The notes beneath the pieces were generated by a model, which did not search any database, was not told the origin of the DNA, and saw nothing but the letters and a program-made list of their open reading frames with translations. The position numbers and the translations under genes were made by a program. A DNA stretch of 64,000 nucleotides from an uncultured Candidatus Saccharibacteria bacterium (lineage in GTDB: Bacteria; Patescibacteriota; Saccharimonadia; CAILAD01; GCA-016700035), in NCBI GenBank assembly GCA_964583675.1, contig CAZOVH010000002.1, positions 2,602-66,601 on the forward strand, given 5' to 3'. Positions within the stretch are counted from its first letter, which is position 1. Every line of letters starts with the position of its first letter. Shown here one piece after another: positions 54,949-64,000 of this stretch.

Positions 54949-56586
54949 ATGAGTAATTTAAAGTATATCGCTTATGTACGCAAGTCTACCGAAGATGAAG
55001 AACGGCAAGTTCTATCCAGAGCTGCTCAACGAGACAAGATTAATGAAATATTCGGCGAACTTACTATAATTGACTACCTCGATGAGAGTAAAAGTGCGTT
55101 TGAGCCAGGGAAAAGGCCTATTTTTGATCAAGTTTTGGCCAAGTTAGATTCTGGCGAAGCTGATGGGATAATTGCTTGGCATCCAGATCGACTTTCACGA
55201 AACGCCATAGATGCTGCTGCCATAAGCCATCGTATTAGCAAAGGAACAATTAAGGATCTGAAGTTCGCGAGCTTCAGCTTTGACAACTCACCAGAAGGCA
55301 TCATGATGCTTCAGATGACGATGTCTCAATCTCAATACTTTTCAGCAAAGCTGAGTAAAGATATTAGACGAGGCAATGAAAAAAAGCGTCAGCTAGGTGG
55401 CTTAACAGGAAAAGCTATGGAGGGCTACCTGAATGATCGCATGAATAAGACAACCATTATTGATCCAGCTCGATTCCCGTTAATCCGTAAGGCGTTTGAC
55501 CTATATTTAACTGGAGAATATAGCGTCCAAGCAATTCTACGTATACTCAATGATGAATGGGGCTATACGACCCTTAAGCGAAAAAGGACTGGAGGGGGCC
55601 CACTCTCTCGAACATCTCTATACAATATATTTCGAAACGTGCGATACGCTGGACTAATACCAGACCCTTACGACCCAGAAAAGCTGTATAAATCTGAGTA
55701 TCCAGCAATGATTACGATTGAAGAGTATGACCAAGTTCAGCTACTGCTAGGTAGAAAAGGACTTCCTCGATTGGTAGCAAAGAAAGAATTTGCACTACGT
55801 GGGCTAATTCGCTGTGGTGAATGTGGATGCAGCATTACCGCTCAAACCAAAAAGAAGAAAATGAAGTGCGGGACGATAAAGCCTTATACGTACTATCATT
55901 GTACTGGTAAACGACCTGGCTGCAGCCAAAAAAGTATATATGTAAGAGAAGAGCAGCTATATAAGGAGCTGACAATTCTACTAGATAAATATCAGCTAGA
56001 CGAACGTCTATTTGACTGGGCCCTAGAGGCCTTTAAGGATATGGCGGCAGCTGAAGTGACTGAAAGAAATCATGTGCAATTGATACAGGACAATAAAATC
56101 CATGATACTCAACGTCAACTGGATAAACTGCTAGATTTAGCAACCAAAGAACTTATAACTACTGAAGAATATTCACTGAAAAGCGAACAGTTGAAAGCAG
56201 CACTAAATACACTTCAGAAAGATCAAACAAATACTGCAGCCCGCACTAAGAACTGGTATGAGTTTGCTACAAATACCCTACACACACTCTGCGATGCTGA
56301 AAATAGGTTCATTAACGGAGATATAGTGGTAAAGAAAGAAATACTACTGGCTATTGGTCAGAACCCTACCTTATTGGATGGAAAATTGCATATCACACCA
56401 GTAAAATGGTTGAATCCAGTCGCAAACTCAACTGAGCATATTACAAAGGAGCTTAATAAGGTTAGAACCTTATCTCTACAGATGCAAAAAGCCTCCGAAG
56501 AGGCTGTTCGTCATCAATGGTGCAGGGGGAGGGATTCGAACCCCCGAAGGCATAAAGCCGACAGATTTACAGTCTGTTGCGTTTGA
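54949..56586 (+). CDS. large serine recombinase (resolvase/invertase catalytic domain + recombinase domain + zinc ribbon)
   Basis: N-terminal YVRKSTEDEERQ with catalytic Ser, DGIIAWHPDRLSRN; Cys4 CGECGC...CTGKRPGC; SD GGAG 7 nt before ATG at 54949; 3' end overlaps tRNA-Tyr on opposite strand. Confidence 0.8.
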   Translation: MSNLKYIAYVRKSTEDEERQVLSRAAQRDKINEIFGELTIIDYLDESKSAFEPGKRPIFDQVLAKLDSGEADGIIAWHPDRLSRNAIDAAAISHRISKGTIKDLKFASFSFDNSPEGIMMLQMTMSQSQYFSAKLSKDIRRGNEKKRQLGGLTGKAMEGYLNDRMNKTTIIDPARFPLIRKAFDLYLTGEYSVQAILRILNDEWGYTTLKRKRTGGGPLSRTSLYNIFRNVRYAGLIPDPYDPEKLYKSEYPAMITIEEYDQVQLLLGRKGLPRLVAKKEFALRGLIRCGECGCSITAQTKKKKMKCGTIKPYTYYHCTGKRPGCSQKSIYVREEQLYKELTILLDKYQLDERLFDWALEAFKDMAAAEVTERNHVQLIQDNKIHDTQRQLDKLLDLATKELITTEEYSLKSEQLKAALNTLQKDQTNTAARTKNWYEFATNTLHTLCDAENRFINGDIVVKKEILLAIGQNPTLLDGKLHITPVKWLNPVANSTEHITKELNKVRTLSLQMQKASEEAVRHQWCRGRDSNPRRHKADRFTVCCV

Positions 56587-56604
56587 CCGCTTCGCTACCC
56601 CTGC
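56518..56604 (-). tRNA. tRNA-Tyr (anticodon GUA), type II with long variable arm
   Basis: Reverse complement: acceptor GCAGGGG/CCCCTGC, anticodon loop CTGTAAA, long variable arm CGGCTTTATGCCTTCG, T-loop TTCGAAT, CCA encoded. Confidence 0.85.
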
Positions 56605-56614
56605 ATGCTTGATC

Positions 56615-56689
56615 TGGAGCCCAAACCGAGGATTGAACTCGGGACCTCTTCCTTACCATGGAAGCGCTCTACCACTGAGCTATTTGGGC
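56615..56689 (-). tRNA. tRNA-Thr (anticodon GGU)
   Basis: Reverse complement: acceptor GCCCAAA/TTTGGGC, D-arm GCTCAGTGGTAGAGC, anticodon stem CTTCC/GGAAG loop ATGGTAA, T-arm CCGAG-TTCAATC-CTCGG, CCA encoded. Confidence 0.85.
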
Positions 56690-56749
56690 GTGCATTTACT
56701 CCGAGTAAACAGAGCCTAGTCTATCATTTTTGCTCATGATTTTCAATGC

Positions 56750-57355
56750 TTACGCTGCAAATCGAGCAGCCTGCTTCTTCACTGCTGAACTATCAGGATC
56801 GAGCCGACGGGCTTCATCTAGTGCTCCAGCAATTTTATCGTTTCTGCCTGTCGCCTCATAGAGCCTTACTAGTGCCAGCAGTCTACTAACCGATGCCTCT
56901 AGCCCATTCGCTTTTTCCATAGCCACAATCGCCTCTTCATAGCCCTTCTCGCGATACAATACGGTAGCTAAATTCTGCCAGTCAGAAGCTGTGTTTTGTG
57001 ATTTTGCGACCATTTCAAAACACTCCGTGGCATCCTCATAATTTTGCACATGTGAATACACCATGCCAAGGCGACGATATGCCAAGATGTTTTTATGATC
57101 TAGCTTTAACACCTTTAAGTAGGCCTTCTCGGCAGCGACCCATTTACGCTCATCATAATAACGTCCTGCCGCTGAGAGCAGCCGCTCCAACTGACTTTCG
57201 TGCGTAATCGCCTCATTATCCATGCCGGCATTTAAATAATGGGCAAGCTGGTTGTAGTTTGAGCGAATAATGCGCCAAGTTACAAAAGCCACAAGCATAA
57301 AAGCTATCAGCTCAAACACGACTCTCACCTCCCGCTTGTACTGCGCTAGCTTCAA
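56750..57355 (-). CDS. membrane-anchored tetratricopeptide (TPR) repeat protein
   Basis: N-terminal TM then TPR-like W/Y/A/L pattern (AEKAYLKVLKLDHKNILAYRRLGMVY...). Confidence 0.6.
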   Translation of the reverse strand: MKLAQYKREVRVVFELIAFMLVAFVTWRIIRSNYNQLAHYLNAGMDNEAITHESQLERLLSAAGRYYDERKWVAAEKAYLKVLKLDHKNILAYRRLGMVYSHVQNYEDATECFEMVAKSQNTASDWQNLATVLYREKGYEEAIVAMEKANGLEASVSRLLALVRLYEATGRNDKIAGALDEARRLDPDSSAVKKQAARFAA

Positions 57356-58001
57356 GTAAGAGTCTCATGTTGCCACTTTTTTGTGTCTTTACAAATTTTT
57401 CTTGCAGCCAGGCCGCTAAGGAATAATTCTTGCGCTGCTGACTATAAAATAAAAGTCCTTCTGCAAAAGCCAGCTGTTCTCCTCTATCTGTCAGTTGAGC
57501 GATTTGCGCAAACCTTCCCGGAATACCCTGTGTAAAAAAATGCGTTGCAGCCGATGACATCACCTCATCCTGCGAGGATGTCATCACTCCAGCAGATACT
57601 ATCTGAGATCTAGAACGTAGCGTTGGCATGAGTCGTGCAACGGTAGGGGTCAGCAACATAAATACCACATGTTCAGAAGGCTCTTCTAACGACTTAAGCA
57701 GCGCATTCCCAGCCTCGGGCGTGAGCTGCTCAGCACCTTCTATAACAATAATTCGGTAGTCGCCGCCAAACGCAGTCATTGATAGATCATGTAAGACGCC
57801 GGCAATGCGCTCCCGCGAGATACTCTTTTCGGGAACAACATAAGTAAATGCGGTTGGGGCTACGGCCTGCCCCGCGCGAGCTAAAATTTCACCCGCTAAA
57901 GCCTCGGCCCGCGCACGCCGATTAGTCTCGTCACTGCCCGTAATAATATAAGCGTGTGTCGTCGTATGCGACTTACTCATTTGGTTCATACTCGCAATCA
58001 T
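57312..58001 (-). CDS. holB: DNA polymerase III delta-prime-like subunit (short HolB-like clamp-loader subunit)
   Basis: AAA+ lid elements: IIVIEGAEQLT, ALLKSLEEP, TLRSRSQI (sensor-2-like SRC motif). Confidence 0.6.
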   Translation of the reverse strand: MIASMNQMSKSHTTTHAYIITGSDETNRRARAEALAGEILARAGQAVAPTAFTYVVPEKSISRERIAGVLHDLSMTAFGGDYRIIVIEGAEQLTPEAGNALLKSLEEPSEHVVFMLLTPTVARLMPTLRSRSQIVSAGVMTSSQDEVMSSAATHFFTQGIPGRFAQIAQLTDRGEQLAFAEGLLFYSQQRKNYSLAAWLQEKFVKTQKSGNMRLLLEASAVQAGGESRV

Positions 58002-58896
58002 ATACTCTCATTGTAGCCCGAAAGTCATCTGGTAGAGAAGCATAAAATGTTTTGCGTTCACCGCTTGGGAGCACTAGCCCCAAACTATACGCATGCAACA
58101 TATGCCGTACCACATTATCGCGTCGTCCATAGGTAGCATCTCCAAGAATAGGGTGACCAATTGCGGCTAAGTGAACACGAATTTGATGCGTGCGGCCAGT
58201 TCGCGGCTTTGCTTCGACCAACGAAACCCCGTCACCGTACACTAACTGACGCACTAATGTTTCGGATGGTTTACCGAGCGGATCCACGCGCATTGTACCA
58301 ACCCGCTTACCTGCCGGTGACAGCGCAAACTGCAAGCGCTTAACACCAACGCCAAACTCTCCCCAGGCTAGTGCCCAATACGTCTTCTCAACCCGTCTTG
58401 CCCGAAAAGCCGCTTCAAGGTGGCTCCGGGCTTCAGGGTTTCTTGCTAGTATCGTAACCCCAGATGTATCTCGATCAAGGCGATGAATGATACCGGGTCG
58501 CATTGGCCTATCATCAATTACTTCACCTGCAAACGTGCCAGCCAAGCTTGGCTCCTCTTTCCCCGGCTTAGGATGCGCAATCATGCCTGCAGGCTTATTG
58601 ACAACAATCACATCATCATCTTGGTAGATAATTTCGGGGCGCAAATCGGCGACCAATTTAACTACTTCATGTTGCGGCCGCTTGAGAATGGTAAGCCTCG
58701 AACCAAATAGTACTTTTTGTGATGCACGCGAGGTACGGCCGTCAAGCAATACTTCTCCATCACTAATGGCCCGCTGCCAAAGGTTTCGACTTATCTGCGG
58801 CACTAAACTAGCTAGGACACTATCAAGACGCTGCCCGGCCTTACTTCCGTCGATAACGAAAGTCTCTTCCCCCTGAACTTTTCCCCCAGCCATCAA
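57973..58896 (-). CDS. rluD: RluA family 23S rRNA pseudouridine synthase (RluD-like, S4 domain)
   Basis: S4 N-domain then catalytic HRLDRDTSGV. Confidence 0.8.
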   Translation of the reverse strand: MMAGGKVQGEETFVIDGSKAGQRLDSVLASLVPQISRNLWQRAISDGEVLLDGRTSRASQKVLFGSRLTILKRPQHEVVKLVADLRPEIIYQDDDVIVVNKPAGMIAHPKPGKEEPSLAGTFAGEVIDDRPMRPGIIHRLDRDTSGVTILARNPEARSHLEAAFRARRVEKTYWALAWGEFGVGVKRLQFALSPAGKRVGTMRVDPLGKPSETLVRQLVYGDGVSLVEAKPRTGRTHQIRVHLAAIGHPILGDATYGRRDNVVRHMLHAYSLGLVLPSGERKTFYASLPDDFRATMRVYDCEYEPNE

Positions 58897-59873
58897 ACTA
58901 AGCCGTTCACCTCAGCTAGCTGGTCCTTATTACCCAGTACAATGAGTGTATCGCCAGCGTAAATAACTTCGTGCCCAGAAGGATTCACTTTACTGAGTCC
59001 ATCCGCTGAGTTCATCGCCAATACAGTTGCACCTAATTTATTCGCATACATATGGCTCAGCTGCTTGCCAGCCAAAGCACTGTGCTCATCAATTTTTATT
59101 TCCTGCACTGCAAGCTCACTGTTATTATTTGTAGCCAAAATTTCTAAGAAATCCACAACACTTGGACGAGTTAGGGTTGTTGCCATGTGATAGGCGCCAA
59201 TTTGATATGGCATGGTGGTACGGTCGGCACCGGCCCGCAACATTCTGTCGCGGTTCTCGTCGCGATTTACACGCGCCACGATGAAGATATTTGGATTGAG
59301 CTGCCGACTAGCGAGTACGATAAATAAATTCGCACTATCAGAGCCTAATGATGCCACAATCCCCTTCGCGCGCTCGATGCCACAACTTTTAAGTACTTCT
59401 TCTTTGGTTGTGTCGCCAACTATAGCTGTGTACCCCTTGGCAATCATTGCCTTGACGCGTTCTTCATCCTTATCAACGCACACAAATGGTACGCCGTCAT
59501 CGGCTAGCTCTTCAGCTACCTGAGAGCCAACTCGACCGAGGCCACAAATAATGTAGTGATTATGGATTTTTGCTGTGATTCTTTTCATATGCTTCCGACG
59601 TAAACCATCGCCTAAACTCACTATATAGTCCGCCAGCACTTTGAGCAAATAGGCCACAACAACAAAGGAGCTTAAAACCAGGAAGAGAACCATCCACCGA
59701 CTTTGCGGATCCTTAAAGCCATAATGATCAAAGTGCGATAGAAGAATAAGCACTGTCTCATAAAGCGCCTCAGTAAATGAAAGGCCTGCAGTCGACATAA
59801 ACGTAACCGTTCCCAACAAAATGAGCCCAAGAGTTACCAATACAATATTACGAAGGAGTCGCCGGTCTAACAC
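58893..59873 (-). CDS. TrkA/RCK-domain potassium channel/transport protein (2-TM pore-like N-domain + TrkA-N + TrkA-C)
   Basis: Rossmann GxGxxG IICGLGRVGSQVA; N-terminal TMs; no canonical GYG filter seen. Confidence 0.65.
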   Translation of the reverse strand: MLDRRLLRNIVLVTLGLILLGTVTFMSTAGLSFTEALYETVLILLSHFDHYGFKDPQSRWMVLFLVLSSFVVVAYLLKVLADYIVSLGDGLRRKHMKRITAKIHNHYIICGLGRVGSQVAEELADDGVPFVCVDKDEERVKAMIAKGYTAIVGDTTKEEVLKSCGIERAKGIVASLGSDSANLFIVLASRQLNPNIFIVARVNRDENRDRMLRAGADRTTMPYQIGAYHMATTLTRPSVVDFLEILATNNNSELAVQEIKIDEHSALAGKQLSHMYANKLGATVLAMNSADGLSKVNPSGHEVIYAGDTLIVLGNKDQLAEVNGLV

Positions 59874-59930
59874 GCTAAAATCTTTTTTATCATAACCATT
59901 ATACGGGTTTTTGTCGCCAGAAGCAGTACT

Positions 59931-59962
59931 AAAAAAAGAGGTCCACGCGGGCCTCTTTTTTG
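59931..59962 (-). terminator. bidirectional rho-independent terminator after rpsI (A-run, AGAGGTCC-acgc-GGGCCTCT, T-run)
   Basis: Read directly between rpsI stop and next gene. Confidence 0.65.
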
Positions 59963-59965
59963 AAC

Positions 59966-60364
59966 TTAACGCTTTGAGAACTGTGGAGCTTTTCGAGCCT
60001 TCTTAAGGCCGTATTTCTTGCGCTCTTTTTCGCGCGGATCGCGAGTGAGAAGCCCAGCTTTTTTCAGGGTAAGCTTAAAATCTTCACTCATTTCAACAAG
60101 TGCACGCGCAATGCCAAGACGAATGGCGTCAACCTGACCGCGCTTACCGCCACCTTCAACACGCACCACTGCATCTAAGGCTCCAGCCTTACTAACAAGC
60201 TCTAAAGGAGCTGCGATGAGCTTAGAAAGTGCCGTATTATTAAAGTACTCGCCCGATGGCTGACCATTCACAGTTATTACACCCTTGCCGTCCATTAAAC
60301 GCACAGTTGCTACTGCAGTTTTGCGTCGCCCAACGGCGTAGTAGTAGTTCTTCTTTTCTGCCAT
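59966..60364 (-). CDS. rpsI: 30S ribosomal protein S9
   Basis: YYAVGRRKTAVATVRL...C-terminal KKYGLKKARKAPQFSKR. Confidence 0.95.
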   Translation of the reverse strand: MAEKKNYYYAVGRRKTAVATVRLMDGKGVITVNGQPSGEYFNNTALSKLIAAPLELVSKAGALDAVVRVEGGGKRGQVDAIRLGIARALVEMSEDFKLTLKKAGLLTRDPREKERKKYGLKKARKAPQFSKR

Positions 60365-60804
60365 TATTTCACCTTCAATTCCTTAGGCTGCTGTGGTGCA
60401 TGTGGGTGCTCGGTGCCAGGATATACATGCAATCGACCCATCATGTGTCGAGCTAGTTTGTTTTTAGGAAGCATGCCACGAACCGCATGCTCAATAACGC
60501 GACGCGGATCTTTTTCAAGTTGCTCTTCCAAAGTAGTCTCAGTCAAGCCACCTGGATAACCGCTATGACGGTAATACTTCTTATCGGTCATCTTGGCGCC
60601 TGTTACAGCAATTTTTTTTGCATTAAGCACAATAATACTGTCGCCAGTGAGAACATGAGGGCTGTACTGCGGCTTGTCTTTGCCAGTTAACTTAGTGGCG
60701 ATGATAGTAGCTAAGCGACCCAGAACTACATCGCTGGCATCGATGACGTACCAATCGGATGAAACTTCACCAACCTTAGCCTGATATGTTCGTGTAGTGG
60801 TCAT
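60364..60804 (-). CDS. rplM: 50S ribosomal protein L13
   Basis: WYVIDASDVVLGRLATIIATKLTGK N-terminal signature. Confidence 0.95.
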   Translation of the reverse strand: MTTTRTYQAKVGEVSSDWYVIDASDVVLGRLATIIATKLTGKDKPQYSPHVLTGDSIIVLNAKKIAVTGAKMTDKKYYRHSGYPGGLTETTLEEQLEKDPRRVIEHAVRGMLPKNKLARHMMGRLHVYPGTEHPHAPQQPKELKVK

Positions 60805-61259
60805 TACTTAGTCCCCTTTTCTTGCTTTGCGGGCTTCTTAGCGGCTTGAGCTTCGCTAGCTTTAGTTTCCTGAAGCTTTTTGAGCTTGTCTTCAAAGTCT
60901 GTATCTAATACTAGTTCTACAAGCACCATCTCTGCAGCATCACCTCGACGCCATCCTGTTTTCGTAAGACGAGTGTAACCAGAGTTGCGACTCTCAAAAC
61001 CATGCACCAATTCTTGGATCATCTTATCGGCTGCAACCTTAGAGCCGAGCTCAGCGTGGATGGTACGAATGTCGTGCAGACTCCCTCGCTTGGCCTTAGT
61101 TACCAACTTATCAAAAGCTGGCTTGACAGCCTTGGCCTTAGCCTCGGTTGTCTCGATGCGTTCATACAAAACCAATGATTCGAGAAGACCTTTCATAACG
61201 GCCTTGCGCGGTCCAATCTTGCGAGACAGCTTTGATGTTGTGTGGTAGTGAGCGTGCAT
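60804..61259 (-). CDS. rplQ: 50S ribosomal protein L17
   Basis: KLSRKIGPRKAVMKGLLESLVLYERIETTEAKAK signature. Confidence 0.95.
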   Translation of the reverse strand: MHAHYHTTSKLSRKIGPRKAVMKGLLESLVLYERIETTEAKAKAVKPAFDKLVTKAKRGSLHDIRTIHAELGSKVAADKMIQELVHGFESRNSGYTRLTKTGWRRGDAAEMVLVELVLDTDFEDKLKKLQETKASEAQAAKKPAKQEKGTK

Positions 61260-61279
61260 AATAAATTCCTTGGCGGCTT

Positions 61280-62218
61280 TTAGGTAAGCTTAATGCCAAT
61301 CTCCTCGAGTTTTTCCAATACTTCTTCAAAAGCCTTCTGGCCAAATCCCTTGAGAGACTTCAGCTCCATCTTGGTAAGCTGACTCAAGTCGCCAACAGTT
61401 GCGATGTCGTTATTGATTAGGGCATTTGTAGTGCGCTGAGAGAGTGAAAGCTCCTCAATCGCTACGGCACCATGTTCCGCTTCAGCCTTAGCCTCGGCGG
61501 TCATAATACCTTCAGCCCCAACAGATACTACATCCATTCCAGCAATTACCTGGAAGTGACCAACTAGGATTTCACCAGCCTGACGCATTGCAGCCTCCGG
61601 AGTAATCGACCCATCGGTCTCGACTTCCATCACAAGACTATCGAGGTTTGTCATCTGACCAACACGAGTGTTCTCAATATTGAAGCGTACGCGCTTGATT
61701 GGAGTATAAATAGCGTCAACCGCAATCCAACCTACTGGAAGACTATCTGCCTGGCGAGTTTCAACTGGGCTATACCCACGTCCCTGCTCAACCTTAAATT
61801 CAATCTCGAGCTTTGTTTTAGCATTGTCGATTGTGCAGAGCTCGAGGCTCTTATTCACAACTTCCATATCGCCCGTAGTCTTGATGTCGCCCGCAGTAAC
61901 CACTCCTTTGCCACTCTTGGAGAGTGTCATGGTGGCTGGTTCTGTGCCGGTGTAACTTACCTTTAGCTGCTTGATATTTAGAATAAGATTAATTACATCT
62001 TCCTGAATGCCATCAATAGTGGTGAATTCATGATCTACACCTTCAATGCGGACTGCAGTCACTGCAGAACCAGCGAGGCTAGAAAGAATAACACGACGCA
62101 TCGAGTTACCGATGGTCATACCGTAACCTGGGTATAGCGGAGCAATCGTAAAGCGACTAGTGCTTTCGTTTACTTGCTCTTCTTTCATTTCTGGAAGGTT
62201 GATATCGTATAAGGCCAT
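61280..62218 (-). CDS. rpoA: DNA-directed RNA polymerase subunit alpha
   Basis: N-terminal dimerisation domain (GYGMTIGNSMRRVILSSLAGSAVTAVRIEGV) and C-terminal alpha-CTD. Confidence 0.95.
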   Translation of the reverse strand: MALYDINLPEMKEEQVNESTSRFTIAPLYPGYGMTIGNSMRRVILSSLAGSAVTAVRIEGVDHEFTTIDGIQEDVINLILNIKQLKVSYTGTEPATMTLSKSGKGVVTAGDIKTTGDMEVVNKSLELCTIDNAKTKLEIEFKVEQGRGYSPVETRQADSLPVGWIAVDAIYTPIKRVRFNIENTRVGQMTNLDSLVMEVETDGSITPEAAMRQAGEILVGHFQVIAGMDVVSVGAEGIMTAEAKAEAEHGAVAIEELSLSQRTTNALINNDIATVGDLSQLTKMELKSLKGFGQKAFEEVLEKLEEIGIKLT

Positions 62219-62240
62219 GATGACTCCTCTTATTACTTAC

Positions 62241-62858
62241 TTAGCGCGAGTAGAACTCGATGATTAATTGCTCTTCAATGAAATTGTCACTATCTTCACG
62301 AACTGGTTGACCCGTGACAGTGCCTACCATTTTCTTTGCATCTAGCTTGAGCCAGCTTGGCATCTCGCGAGCGTCATTCTTAAGCTGCTCAGCCAATTCT
62401 GCAAACAAAGCTTTCTTCTTGCTAGACTCTTTAATGGTAATGATGTCACCAGCTTTAACCTGAATGGATGGCACATCAACCTTTTTATCGTTAAGGCGAA
62501 TATGCGCATGAGTTACCATTTGGCGTGCTGCCTGACGTGATGGCGCAAGACCCAAACGATATACTACATTATCGAGGCGCTGCTCCAAAAGACGGAGCAG
62601 ATTTTCACCAGAGACACCTTCACGGCGCTCAGCTTCACCAACGTAACGACGGAATTGTTTTTCCATCACGCCATATAATCGCTTTACCTTCTGCTTTTCA
62701 CGCAGCTGCACCGCATAGTCTGATGGCTTTGGTCGACGAGCCTGTCCGTGCTGGCCTGGAGCAAAGTTACGCTTAGCGAGAGCTTTTGCAGCCTTTGGGT
62801 GCAGCTGAACACCTTCACGGCGAGATAGTTTACTAATTGGAGTAAGATTACGTGCCAT
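62241..62858 (-). CDS. rpsD: 30S ribosomal protein S4
   Basis: MARNLTPISKLSRREG...S4 domain. Confidence 0.95.
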   Translation of the reverse strand: MARNLTPISKLSRREGVQLHPKAAKALAKRNFAPGQHGQARRPKPSDYAVQLREKQKVKRLYGVMEKQFRRYVGEAERREGVSGENLLRLLEQRLDNVVYRLGLAPSRQAARQMVTHAHIRLNDKKVDVPSIQVKAGDIITIKESSKKKALFAELAEQLKNDAREMPSWLKLDAKKMVGTVTGQPVREDSDNFIEEQLIIEFYSR

Positions 62859-62860
62859 GA

Positions 62861-63253
62861 TTAATTCCTCTTTGCCTTACGTGGACGGCAGCCATTGTGT
62901 GGCACACCAGTAATATCGCGAATTGAAGTAACACCTACGCCAGTGTTCTGTAGCGCACGAATGGCGCTTTCTCGACCAGAACCAATGCCCTGTACGATAA
63001 CCGATACTTGCTTCAAGCCAAAGTCCTTAGCCTTCTCGAGTGCTTTTTCTGTAGCAATTTGAGCCGCATATGGAGTACTTTTACGTGAACCCTTAAATCC
63101 AGCCGACCCAGAAGAAGCCCAGCTTACCACATTACCTGTCTCATCGGTAACACTAATAATAGTGTTATTAAATGTAGACTGAATGTGCACCTGTCCCTTA
63201 GGGAGATTGCGCTTGATCTTACGACGTCGAGTTTTTGCTTTCGCTTGTGCCAT
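62861..63253 (-). CDS. rpsK: 30S ribosomal protein S11
   Basis: [27 protein letters not shown] signature. Confidence 0.95.
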   Translation of the reverse strand: MAQAKAKTRRRKIKRNLPKGQVHIQSTFNNTIISVTDETGNVVSWASSGSAGFKGSRKSTPYAAQIATEKALEKAKDFGLKQVSVIVQGIGSGRESAIRALQNTGVGVTSIRDITGVPHNGCRPRKAKRN

Positions 63254-63280
63254 GATATTCCGTTTCCTCTAGTCTTACCG

Positions 63281-63667
63281 CTACGTCTTAGACGCTGCCT
63301 TCTTACGTCCTGAACCCTGAGTCTGCTTGCGCCCTCGGCGGGTTCGTCCATTTGTTTTTGTACGCTGACCGCGACTTGGCAGTCCAGCATTGTGACGTAG
63401 GCCACGATAGGCCTTAATCTCTTTGAGACGCTTGATGTTAAGCATTACCTTACGAGCAAGATCGGCTTCCACTTCGTAGTTCACATCGATTTCGTTACGT
63501 AAAGCAGTTAGTTCTGCTTCTGTTAAATCCTTCACGCGTGTGTCGGGATTAATCTTGGTATTTTCCAAAATCTTATGACTTGAAGTCAGCCCAATACCTT
63601 GCACATATGTCAAAGCAATCTCGATGCGCTTTTCATTTGGAATGTTTGTACCTGCAATACGTGCCAT
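63281..63667 (-). CDS. rpsM: 30S ribosomal protein S13
   Basis: [26 protein letters not shown] signature. Confidence 0.95.
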   Translation of the reverse strand: MARIAGTNIPNEKRIEIALTYVQGIGLTSSHKILENTKINPDTRVKDLTEAELTALRNEIDVNYEVEADLARKVMLNIKRLKEIKAYRGLRHNAGLPSRGQRTKTNGRTRRGRKQTQGSGRKKAASKT

Positions 63668-63669
63668 AT

Positions 63670-63783
63670 CTATCCCTGCCGCTGCTTATGTTTAGGATTT
63701 TCACAGATAACCCGCACTACACCTTTACGGCGTACTACTTTGCACTTGGCGCACATTGGCTTAACTCCTGCTCGTACTTTCAC
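63670..63783 (-). CDS. rpmJ: 50S ribosomal protein L36 (GTG start)
   Basis: Manual translation: (M)[36 protein letters not shown]; below the 60-aa ORF-track threshold. Confidence 0.85.
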   Translation of the reverse strand: MKVRAGVKPMCAKCKVVRRKGVVRVICENPKHKQRQG

Positions 63784-63810
63784 GGGTATCTGTTCTTTCC
63801 TTAATTTCGC

Positions 63811-64000
63811 TTATCTGTGCCGATACGTAATTCTTCCCTTATTGAGATCGTATGGTGTCATTTCAATAGTCACCTTATCTCCAGGAAGAATTTTTATATA
63901 ATGCATCCGCATCTTACCCGATACATGAGCAAGAACAACATGACCATTCTCGAGCTCGACCTTAAAGGTCACATTTGGGAGCGCTTCGAGAACAGTCCCT
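63811..64000 (-). CDS. infA: translation initiation factor IF-1 (5' end beyond window)
   Basis: Manual translation ...[62 protein letters not shown]. Confidence 0.85.
   Translation of the reverse strand, partial: GTVLEALPNVTFKVELENGHVVLAHVSGKMRMHYIKILPGDKVTIEMTPYDLNKGRITYRHR

Larger units (their letters stand above)
45210..56517. mobile_element. putative integrative element/genomic island (~11.3 kb) inserted between tRNA-Thr(UGU) and tRNA-Tyr; large serine recombinase, primase-P-loop replication protein and membrane-protein cargo cassette
   Basis: tRNA flanks, recombinase adjacent to and overlapping tRNA-Tyr 3' end, 8-nt tRNA-Tyr 3'-end fragment (CTGCACCA) abutting tRNA-Thr at the far junction, AT-rich 360-bp left border. 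Confidence 0.65.

Noticed and set aside
56518-56586. Recombinase C-terminal residues RGRDSNPRRHKADRFTVCCV as a functional tail
   Set aside because: These codons are the reverse strand of the tRNA-Tyr gene. The overlap is expected at an att/tRNA junction and the tail is probably not functionally meaningful. The ORF is kept as is because the true stop cannot be determined.
1-64000. CRISPR arrays, rRNA genes, IS elements with terminal inverted repeats
   Set aside because: No spaced identical direct repeats, no rRNA-like conserved blocks and no transposase ORFs were seen on manual scan. The only recombinase is the serine recombinase of the island.

Overview
This 64-kb window is a moderately AT-rich bacterial chromosome segment. 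Gene content suggests a reduced-genome lineage, possibly Candidatus Saccharibacteria/CPR-like: a reduced dcw cluster without mur ligases, receiver-only response regulators, an archaeal-type AspRS and many small membrane proteins. This lineage call is an inference, not a search result.

Core genes: trhO, pirin, a Crp/Fnr regulator, an MsbA-like ABC exporter, tgt, a COG0523 zinc-chaperone GTPase, two histidine kinases, scpA/scpB, pseudouridine synthases, a D-Ala-D-Ala carboxypeptidase, der, pth, dprA, topA, the reduced dcw cluster (mraZ-rsmH-ftsL-ftsI-mraY-ftsW-murG-ftsQ), glyQS, recO, an oxidative-stress cluster (cupin-methyltransferase-SOD-peroxiredoxin), and a terminal ribosomal-protein/rpoA operon (infA-rpmJ-rpsM-rpsK-rpsD-rpoA-rplQ-rplM-rpsI).

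Five tRNA genes are present: Trp(CCA), Thr(UGU), Tyr(GUA), Thr(GGU).

The most interesting feature is a ~11.3-kb putative integrative element (45210..56517) inserted in a conserved tRNA-Thr/tRNA-Tyr/tRNA-Thr cluster. It carries a large serine recombinase whose 3' end overlaps tRNA-Tyr, a DnaG-type primase fused to a P-loop NTPase, and a unidirectional 11-gene cassette of small membrane/secreted proteins. The cassette includes a staphylococcal-nuclease homolog, a G5+Excalibur protein and a paralogous multi-TM family with a novel C-terminal repeat. This cassette is an apparently undescribed cargo module.

Other observations:
- Two GC-rich (GC3-biased) inserts near the window start look horizontally acquired, one with a perfect 19-bp palindromic operator.
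- A DUF5681-like phage remnant lies next to a tandem diverged repeat whose hairpins covary, suggesting a structured ncRNA.
- A hairpin enclosing an RBS and a 38-aa ORF lies upstream of dprA.
- A sigma-70 region 4 / HARE-HTH / AT-hook fusion is driven by a perfect consensus promoter.
- An orphan T4SS coupling-protein-like ATPase is present.
- A triple GTGGGTA MraZ-box array overlaps the mraZ promoter.
- A structured 316-bp spacer lies between mraZ and rsmH.
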